Virus record (IMG/VR): IMGVR_UViG_3300044630_004720
Reading direction: 5' to 3' (one strand)
Length of the DNA stretch: 64,000 bases
Source of the DNA: a virus
Lineage: Duplodnaviria; Caudoviricetes
Shown: positions 18,099-24,855 of the stretch, in pieces
Layout: each line of letters starts with the position of its first letter
Numbering within the stretch: the first letter of the stretch is position 1
The notes under the pieces: model-generated
Databases searched by the model: none
Told to the model about the DNA's origin: nothing
What the model saw: only the letters and a program-made list of their open reading frames with translations
Translations under genes and position numbers: made by a program

Positions 18099-18476
18099 AT
18101 GAAAAAACTAATCTTAACGGTATTTGTACTATTTGCCCTTACGGGGTGTTATAAAGATGATTTACTTCTTCCTGATATTAAACAGGATTTAAAACCTGAA
18201 TTACAAATTGCCAATAGCGTTGGTATTAAGTTAGAATCGGCTTTTGTAACCAAAGAAGTGTCAATGAATGTAAAACTTGAGAAGTCAGGTACAGTAACTT
18301 TAAAAATATTCGATATTGGAAATAAAGTAGTTTCAAAAGAAACTATAAATGTGAAAGAGGGTGATAATGTGTTAAAAATATACACATCAGCATTACCTTC
18401 TTCAGCATATAGAATTGGGTTATTTGATAACTCGGGGACTATGTTGGGTATCACAGATTTTAATAAAATAAACTAA
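18099..18476 (+). CDS. Lipoprotein with T9SS-CTD/FlgD-like Ig domain
   Basis: Lipobox LTGC; SGTVTLKIFDIGNKVV...EGDNVLKIYTSALPSSAYRI resembles the Por secretion C-terminal domain pattern. Confidence 0.6.
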   Translation: MKKLILTVFVLFALTGCYKDDLLLPDIKQDLKPELQIANSVGIKLESAFVTKEVSMNVKLEKSGTVTLKIFDIGNKVVSKETINVKEGDNVLKIYTSALPSSAYRIGLFDNSGTMLGITDFNKIN

Positions 18477-18496
18477 AAATTTTAAAACAAACAAAT

Positions 18497-18817
18497 ATGT
18501 CAGAAGAAGTAGAAAGCTCAAACGATGGTACTTGGTCAGGTCTTAAAAAGACCATTATTGGTGTTGCAACAACTGCGGTAATGGGTCTAGGGACTTGGGG
18601 AGTAACACAAATAACAGGTGGTGGAGATGAACCCGCACCTGTACAACAAGCAGCACCTGTAATTAACATTACAAACTCAAACCAACAAGCTCAACAGGCT
18701 TCAGGTGGTGGAGGTAAAACTGTTATTATTAAAGAAAAAGAAACCGTTAAAGAACCTGCAAAACCGGTTAAGAAAAAAGAAGGTGATGAATTTAAAGAGG
18801 AAGCTCCAAAATGGTAA
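18497..18817 (+). CDS. Single-TM protein
   Basis: IIGVATTAVMGLGTWGV helix followed by a low-complexity tail. Confidence 0.65.
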   Translation: MSEEVESSNDGTWSGLKKTIIGVATTAVMGLGTWGVTQITGGGDEPAPVQQAAPVINITNSNQQAQQASGGGGKTVIIKEKETVKEPAKPVKKKEGDEFKEEAPKW

Positions 18818-18823
18818 TTTAAT

Positions 18824-19426
18824 ATGAAAGAAGAACAATCAGGTGGATTTAAAGAATTATTGAGTAATATGATGAAACGTAGGTGGTTTATCACCGCTAT
18901 CGTTTTAGGCGGATTTATGGTAATCATTATGGGGATATTTGGAGCGATTCTAAATAAATCCGCAATAGAAGGTGAGTGGAAAGAACTTTTACTTTTATTA
19001 TTGGGAGCCTTCATTGGTTCTTATGGTAAAATCATTGACTATTGGTTTAGTGATACCGATAAGGATAAGATGTTGGTTCAAAAAATGGACGAGGAAGATG
19101 GTACATCATTAAGTAATACTGCCGATATGCCAAACAATCCAATTGTACCAATGTCAACTGCGCCATTAGTATTATCAGAATCAACCTCACAAGAAACAGT
19201 ACAAGTGGTTGAAGCACCAAAAGAAGAAAAGAAAGGTGTTGAAATCGATGAAGATGGTGATGGTGTAATGGATGGTTTAGATTTCGATGGCGATGGTAAA
19301 ATTGACGAATACTTTACACACAGACAATGCGAACACGTTTGGGGCGACTCAGATGGTGACGGAGATTTAGAATGTCTTAAATGTGGTAAAATAAAAGACC
19401 CCGAACTTGAAGAAATGGAAGGGTAA
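18824..19426 (+). CDS. Two-TM protein with DxDxDG Ca-binding-like repeats and Cys/His metal site
   Basis: Two TM helices; DEDGDG, DFDGDG, DSDGDG; CEH...CLKC. Confidence 0.65.
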   Translation: MKEEQSGGFKELLSNMMKRRWFITAIVLGGFMVIIMGIFGAILNKSAIEGEWKELLLLLLGAFIGSYGKIIDYWFSDTDKDKMLVQKMDEEDGTSLSNTADMPNNPIVPMSTAPLVLSESTSQETVQVVEAPKEEKKGVEIDEDGDGVMDGLDFDGDGKIDEYFTHRQCEHVWGDSDGDGDLECLKCGKIKDPELEEMEG

Positions 19427-19452
19427 TAAACAAAGACAAAAAAACAAAAACT

Positions 19453-19716
19453 ATGGGATTTTTAAAAGAACTTTTTAACGACAATAATACAATCAATGAA
19501 AAATCAGTTGTTGGTTTTGCATCATTTGTATGTATGGTAATTGCTTTAGTGGTTGACTTGGTAACAGGTTGGTTGGGTAAAGAATTACTAATTAACGAAT
19601 TTATATTCGACGGTTTCTTAGTAATAACGTTAGGTGCATTTGGTATTGCGTCAGTTGATAAATATATCAATAACAAACACAACAAAAAAGAAGAAACTGA
19701 AGAATCAGAGGGATAA
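19453..19716 (+). CDS. Small two-TM membrane protein (holin-sized)
   Basis: Two hydrophobic helices and a charged C-terminus. Confidence 0.6.
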   Translation: MGFLKELFNDNNTINEKSVVGFASFVCMVIALVVDLVTGWLGKELLINEFIFDGFLVITLGAFGIASVDKYINNKHNKKEETEESEG

Positions 19717-19744
19717 TAAGATTGACAAAAAAACTAATTAAATA

Positions 19745-19978
19745 ATGGTAAAATTAATTGACAAAATAACAGAAAATCTTTTCTCAGCATTTTTAATGTC
19801 TGCGTTAGCATTTGTCATATCGGCATTCTGCGTACAAATGTTTTTTGTGTGTTTACAATTTTCAGGTAATGAAGAATATCAAAGAAGATTAGTCAACAAA
19901 CTTGAAATTAAGTTTGATGGTAGATTTAAGAATAATCCAGAAAACATTATGTACGAAGGACCAATAGCTAAGAAATAA
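19745..19978 (+). CDS. Small TM protein
   Basis: Hydrophobic N-terminal half. Confidence 0.55.
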   Translation: MVKLIDKITENLFSAFLMSALAFVISAFCVQMFFVCLQFSGNEEYQRRLVNKLEIKFDGRFKNNPENIMYEGPIAKK

Positions 19979-19986
19979 AAAATATA

Positions 19987-20706
19987 ATGAAAAAAATAAT
20001 TTTATTTTTGGGTGTCATACTTTTTAGTGTAAACTCATTTGGACAAACAATTGGAAAAACAAAAACTGAAGAATTTAAAGCTGAATTTGAAAAGAAAAAA
20101 GACATTTCGGCTTTTATGGATTATGACGGACCTCAAATACCCATACAAATTCTAAAAGCAGGTATCTCTGATGAGGTATATGAAATGTATCCTGAATTAA
20201 AAGAAAAAAGAGTTGGTTTAGGTGTTGCAAATATATCTATGGAATATTTGGAAAATCTTAATCGATTCATTTTTACAGAGGATAAAACTGAAATCAAGAA
20301 TAGAATGGTTAAACAATTCCAAGCGTCCCAAGCCGGTATATCTGAAGATAAATTAGATGGTCGCGGTAAAATTAGGTTAGCCAAATATTTTGTCACAGTT
20401 GAGTGTTATGACTATTCAATATCTGAAGACGAGACAATTAACTTAAAGGATGGTATTAAAGATAATATGGTCACCCGAATTGGTTTACAGGTTAGATTTA
20501 CCGATGCGGAAACGGGTGCTATGTTTGGGGCTTCAGGTTTAGGTGAAGCCAAAACAAGTCGTGAGTTAACATTATTATCAGACGCAACTATAGACCCAAT
20601 TAAATTTAATCAATCAACAATTTCAATTGCAACAAAAAAAGCACTTGACATTGCTTGTGCTAATATTTTAGACAGAATGATTAAAAAGGGGATTTTTACA
20701 AAATAA
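19987..20706 (+). CDS. CsgG/HfaB-family secretion/assembly protein
   Basis: Signal NSFG|Q; GLGVANISMEYLENLNRFIFTE...AKYFVTVECYDY...RIGLQVRFTDAETG...GLGEA...KKALDIAC matches the CsgG layout (RFxVxER, LRxxDxxTG). Confidence 0.7.
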   Translation: MKKIILFLGVILFSVNSFGQTIGKTKTEEFKAEFEKKKDISAFMDYDGPQIPIQILKAGISDEVYEMYPELKEKRVGLGVANISMEYLENLNRFIFTEDKTEIKNRMVKQFQASQAGISEDKLDGRGKIRLAKYFVTVECYDYSISEDETINLKDGIKDNMVTRIGLQVRFTDAETGAMFGASGLGEAKTSRELTLLSDATIDPIKFNQSTISIATKKALDIACANILDRMIKKGIFTK

Positions 20707-20730
20707 ATCGTTTAACATAGTATGATTAAT

Positions 20731-20760
20731 AAAAAAGGAGGCCTAAAGACCTCCTTTTTT
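20731..20760 (+). terminator. Intrinsic terminator
   Basis: aaaaaaggagg-cctaaaga-cctcctttttt. Confidence 0.8.
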
Positions 20761-20789
20761 GATATTTATAAGATATAAAATTTATTGCT

Positions 20790-21620
20790 ATGAAAAAATT
20801 ATTATTAGTATTGACACTTATCCCAATACTATCTTTTTCACAAGTTAGTAATTGGAGAAGTAACCCAACAACACCACAAAGAAGTACACCATCCGTACAA
20901 CAATCAATTCCACAAAGAAACGATGTTAGTAATTGGAGAAGTCAACCACCATCAAGAGGGTATGATAGACCTATAAGAACAAGACCAGGTTCTAATATCA
21001 TTGTAAGAGACCCGTGGTTTGGTGGATTAGGATGGGGATGGAATAGATGGGATATGTGGGGAGCTCCTGGCTTTGGTTGGAACTTTTGGCAACCGTCTTG
21101 GTATTGGAATGATTGGGGATATAGACAACCACAAAGAATTTATGTTTACGAAGATGGTAAGAGAGATACAATTAGAGGTAAAAAGCCGGTAATTAGTTTT
21201 GGTATTCAGAGAACAACCGATAAACAATTGGGTGGGTTCTTTACCATCGGTAATAAGGGATATTTTATAATGGAATATAATTCAAGTGTAGAGAGAGATA
21301 ATTCAACATTCTTTCCATATGGTAATATAACCCAAGTAGACTTTCCAATGGTCAGTGATTTAGTTCAAAGAAATAGTTTCTATATCGGAGCAGGTAAAAG
21401 AATAAAGAGAACCGGTGTTCACTTTATGATTGGTACTGTTTCCGAAGATGTAAAATGGAGAGGTAGAGATGATTTGGGATATATTACTTTCCCAAAGTAT
21501 TTGGATAGATTCACCACGATAAAAGTGGGTGCATTACACGATTTCAAAAACTTAACAATAAAGTTTGATTACGACCCTGTAATCAATAATAAAACCTTTG
21601 GATTAGGTGTAAATTTTTAA
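20790..21620 (+). CDS. Exported protein: disordered R/P/W/G-rich N-terminus + small beta-barrel
   Basis: Signal LSFS|Q; repeated SNWRS; GWGW-rich segment; C-terminal FGLGVNF. Confidence 0.65.
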   Translation: MKKLLLVLTLIPILSFSQVSNWRSNPTTPQRSTPSVQQSIPQRNDVSNWRSQPPSRGYDRPIRTRPGSNIIVRDPWFGGLGWGWNRWDMWGAPGFGWNFWQPSWYWNDWGYRQPQRIYVYEDGKRDTIRGKKPVISFGIQRTTDKQLGGFFTIGNKGYFIMEYNSSVERDNSTFFPYGNITQVDFPMVSDLVQRNSFYIGAGKRIKRTGVHFMIGTVSEDVKWRGRDDLGYITFPKYLDRFTTIKVGALHDFKNLTIKFDYDPVINNKTFGLGVNF

Positions 21621-21623
21621 AAT

Positions 21624-22352
21624 ATGATTGATTTCGATTATAAGATTTACAAAATGTATGATGTTTTAAGTAAGGAAGAATATGATAAAGTTTCTGAATT
21701 AGTTAATAATTTCAATATTGATTTAAAAAATGTAACTTCTCCATTAGGTTTTTTGCAATGGTCCAATAAAATACAAAACGCATTTAAATTAAAACATCCT
21801 GACAGATATAATAGGATGGTTAATAATAATAGTTACAACTACAAAGATTATCAATGTTTAGCCGAACTTAATAAAGAAATAGGAGTAGATGAACACGATT
21901 ATTTTAATTTTTTAATGACATATAGGACGGAGGATTTAATGAATAGTAGAATCGTAAAATTATACGACACTGCCTTTAGAAATATTTTAAAAGATGTATT
22001 CAAAAAGGAAGTCATATATGACAAAGTGCTTTTTGGACATTTTAATATCTACCCGAAAAATTCATTTATTGTAAATCATACCGATGGACCAATGGCCGAT
22101 GATAGATATTTTACTTCTTTATTTTTTTTGAATTGTGGAAGAAAATATGAAGACGGTTCATTATTAAAAATATACACTAAAAATGGGGTTGTTGATGTGA
22201 TACCTGATTTTAACGATATTGTACTATTAGACCATATGAATTATAACTGCCGTCACGAAGTGACAGAAAATTTAATTGATGGTATTAGATATTCTCTTTA
22301 CACACCGTTTAAATTAGATGATTACAATAATAAATTAAAACAAGACATTTAA
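21624..22352 (+). CDS. 2OG-Fe(II) oxygenase superfamily protein
   Basis: NHTD (HxD), distal RHEV and RYS (RxS) motifs. Confidence 0.75.
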   Translation: MIDFDYKIYKMYDVLSKEEYDKVSELVNNFNIDLKNVTSPLGFLQWSNKIQNAFKLKHPDRYNRMVNNNSYNYKDYQCLAELNKEIGVDEHDYFNFLMTYRTEDLMNSRIVKLYDTAFRNILKDVFKKEVIYDKVLFGHFNIYPKNSFIVNHTDGPMADDRYFTSLFFLNCGRKYEDGSLLKIYTKNGVVDVIPDFNDIVLLDHMNYNCRHEVTENLIDGIRYSLYTPFKLDDYNNKLKQDI

Positions 22353-22356
22353 TTTT

Positions 22357-23757
22357 TTGAAAAATATAATAAAACCATTTTTAATATTATTTTTTATTTT
22401 CATTTCAAACGAGGTGATTGGTCAAACATACACTCAAACATTTATTGATAAGTGTACGGGTGAAAAGAAAATTGCAACGACTACTATGATAAATGGATAC
22501 GCGACAGTATCTTTTTATAATCAAGTAAGGACATTTACACCATTGGAAGTTCAAACGGGTGTTGTACAAACTTGGTTAATCACAACAAAATCAACATACG
22601 AGTCACTTACTTGTCCTGTAATTAATAATCCGGTGGTTCAACAAGCGGTTGCGAATGCTGCAACACAAGCGGCAGCGTCGGCTGCTAGTTCAGCCGCAGC
22701 ATCTGCCGCAAGTTCTGCGGCTTCATCATCCGCCAGCTCAGCAGCAAGTAGTAGTGCAAGTTCAGCCGCAGCAAGTTCAGCTGCGTCAACACCTCCACCT
22801 ACAACACCTCCACCGGCAAGTAGTGGTTCAACACCTCCACCGGCAAGTGGAGGAAGTTCATCTTCATCAAGTAGTGGTTCATCTTCTGAAAGTAAAACAG
22901 AAACAAAGACTGAAACTAAATCCGAAACTAAATCGGAAAGTAAGAGCGAATCAAAATCCGAAAGTAAGAGTGAGGAGAAAAAAGAAGAAACCAAATCGGA
23001 ATCTAAAGAAGAAAAGAAAGAAGAGTCTAAATCTGAAGAAAAGAAAGAAGAGAAGAAGGAAGAAAAAAAAGAGGAAAAGAAAAAAGAAAAAGCAGCATCA
23101 ACAAATCCGATGTTGTTATCTTCGGATTTATCAACAATAGAATCTCCTGACGGTAGATGGTTACAATCTGCAACGATTGGTGTATCTAAATCTTCGTTGA
23201 TGGGAGATAAGAGTTATTCCGCAAATGCGGTTATTATGAGTGATTTAAAAACATTTATAGTAAGTGCCGGATTTACTAAAATGGATTTTTCGAATGGTAA
23301 ATTAAATGCCATTCATTCGTATTCATCAGCATTCGCCTACTTGAATGGTAACTATATGAACCTATTAGGATATACCTACATAAAACCAACATTAAAAAAG
23401 GGAGTATTTGGTTACAATGTCGGTCTAATTAACCTATTACTTAATAATAGTGAAAAAGGAGGATATGACCATAATATGTCAACATCTGTAGTTGCCTTTT
23501 GGACTAAACCATATCAGTACAGTAAAAAATTAACTATCTCACCACAGATATTCACAATGTTTGCACCAATATCGTATAACAGCGAAGCTAAGACCACAAC
23601 AGTTAATAGACATATGGGATTCTTATTGGGGTCTTCGTTTGATTATAAAATAAGTAAACGATTTGGACTTAGTTTGAATTATAAATTGAGTGGTAATACC
23701 GCACCCGGTTCTCCATTCTTGAATAATATTTTGATTGGTAGTAGAATGATACTATAA
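22357..23757 (+). CDS. Exported protein: small Cys domain, long low-complexity stalk, C-terminal beta-barrel
   Basis: Signal EVIG|Q; Ala/Ser, Pro, Ser, K(S/T)E and EEKK tracts; amphipathic strands GSSFDYKISKRFGLSLNYK. Confidence 0.7.
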   Translation: MKNIIKPFLILFFIFISNEVIGQTYTQTFIDKCTGEKKIATTTMINGYATVSFYNQVRTFTPLEVQTGVVQTWLITTKSTYESLTCPVINNPVVQQAVANAATQAAASAASSAAASAASSAASSSASSAASSSASSAAASSAASTPPPTTPPPASSGSTPPPASGGSSSSSSSGSSSESKTETKTETKSETKSESKSESKSESKSEEKKEETKSESKEEKKEESKSEEKKEEKKEEKKEEKKKEKAASTNPMLLSSDLSTIESPDGRWLQSATIGVSKSSLMGDKSYSANAVIMSDLKTFIVSAGFTKMDFSNGKLNAIHSYSSAFAYLNGNYMNLLGYTYIKPTLKKGVFGYNVGLINLLLNNSEKGGYDHNMSTSVVAFWTKPYQYSKKLTISPQIFTMFAPISYNSEAKTTTVNRHMGFLLGSSFDYKISKRFGLSLNYKLSGNTAPGSPFLNNILIGSRMIL

Positions 23758-23760
23758 ATA

Positions 23761-23791
23761 AAAAATCCCCAATGTAGAAACATCGGGGATT
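23761..23791. terminator. Terminator closing the exported-protein cluster
   Basis: aatcccc..atg-tagaaa-cat..ggggatt stem. Confidence 0.6.
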
Positions 23792-23851
23792 GATTGACAA
23801 AAAAACTAAACGTATCTCTTAACGATACATTTAAAATTTATACTATTAATT

Positions 23852-24202
23852 TTACAAAGTCAAGTTTTTATGTAATTTAATTATTTCTGAACAAGTTTCA
23901 TAATCTTCGTTTTGTTCGAAAAAGGGCATCACATCTCTGATTAAAGATTTCGCATCTTTTTTAGAAAACGTAAAATCAGTATCCCATTCCAATCCTCTAA
24001 TTTTTGCTGTTACCATAAGAGTAAGACTGAATTTATCTGTGGATGTTAGTTCTTTAAAAAGATTCAAAATTGACCTATAAATGGTTTCCTTGTTTTTACC
24101 ATAGAAGTCGGTAAAGTCTTTGTAGGTCCCATCAAGATTTAATACGAAATCAGGTTCTTTTCTTTTTTTCTTTGTTCCGGTGCTTTGGGTTGGTTTAGAC
24201 AT
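23852..24202 (-). CDS. Hypothetical protein with C-terminal UVR-like motif
   Basis: FFEQNEDYETCSEIIKL resembles the UvrB/C (EDYExAAxxRD) motif. Confidence 0.5.
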   Translation of the reverse strand: MSKPTQSTGTKKKRKEPDFVLNLDGTYKDFTDFYGKNKETIYRSILNLFKELTSTDKFSLTLMVTAKIRGLEWDTDFTFSKKDAKSLIRDVMPFFEQNEDYETCSEIIKLHKNLTL

Positions 24203-24271
24203 AAAAATTGTGTGTTTGGTTGAGTATGGAACAAAATAAGTAAAAATTTGTTACGTGACAAAATTTTTCGC

Positions 24272-24421
24272 CTATTTGTTGAAAACTTTGTGTTCAAGGA
24301 CAGTTATCCTGTTTTTTAGATATGACACTTCATTCCTGTAATGTTCAACAATGAAAAATATTGTTATTAACATCCCCAAGTTTATGAGAAAAAGGACAGT
24401 GTCTTTTGTTTTTTGTTTCAT
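24272..24421 (-). CDS. 49-aa TM + coiled-coil protein (not in the ORF track)
   Basis: MKQKTKDTVLFLINLGMLITIFFIVEHYRNEVSYLKNRITVLEHKVFNK* translated from the sequence. Confidence 0.55.
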   Translation of the reverse strand: MKQKTKDTVLFLINLGMLITIFFIVEHYRNEVSYLKNRITVLEHKVFNK

Positions 24422-24483
24422 ATAATGATGGTTTTTGTTAAATTTAAATGATGGGGATGGTTAAACCCCATCCCCTCATAAAT

Positions 24484-24666
24484 TTACTGTACCTCAACAG
24501 CTTTCGCTGTTGTATCAGTCGTGACTGCGGTTGAATCTGTAGCTACTGCGGCAGAATCAACTTGAACTGCAGTTGAGTCAGTTGTTTCATTTGTGGTTGA
24601 CCCTGAACCACAGGCAGATAATGTCAATGCGACAATAACTGCGAGTAATAAAGTATATTTTTTCAT
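24484..24666 (-). CDS. Small lipoprotein with T/D/A-rich tail
   Basis: MKKYTLLLAVIVALTLSA|CGSG lipobox. Confidence 0.7.
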   Translation of the reverse strand: MKKYTLLLAVIVALTLSACGSGSTTNETTDSTAVQVDSAAVATDSTAVTTDTTAKAVEVQ

Positions 24667-24711
24667 ACTAAAGTAAATATACATAAAAAATTTGGATATT
24701 CAAAATAAGCA

Positions 24712-24819
24712 ATAAAAAACCCCAACAAGGATGTCGGGGTTTTAAGGTCTTTCAGTGGATTCAACTCCACTTACTTTTGAAAAAAACGAAAGGTAATCGA
24801 CAAAGAGAACCTCTGAGAA
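24712..24819. ncRNA. Candidate structured intergenic RNA (element E2), related to E1
   Basis: Minus-strand TATTTATA at 24820-24827 and terminator at 24715-24743 bracket an ORF-less ~100 nt; shares TTGA(A)nCGAAAGG..CAAAG..ACCTCT with E1. Confidence 0.3.
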
Positions 24820-24855
24820 TATAAATATATATGATATATTAAAAAAGTCAACTAT

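Noticed and set aside
22638-23140. Overlapping ORFs 22638-22994 (-) and 22649-23140 (+)
   Set aside because: Shadow frames of the low-complexity stalk of 22357-23757; no independent start signals.
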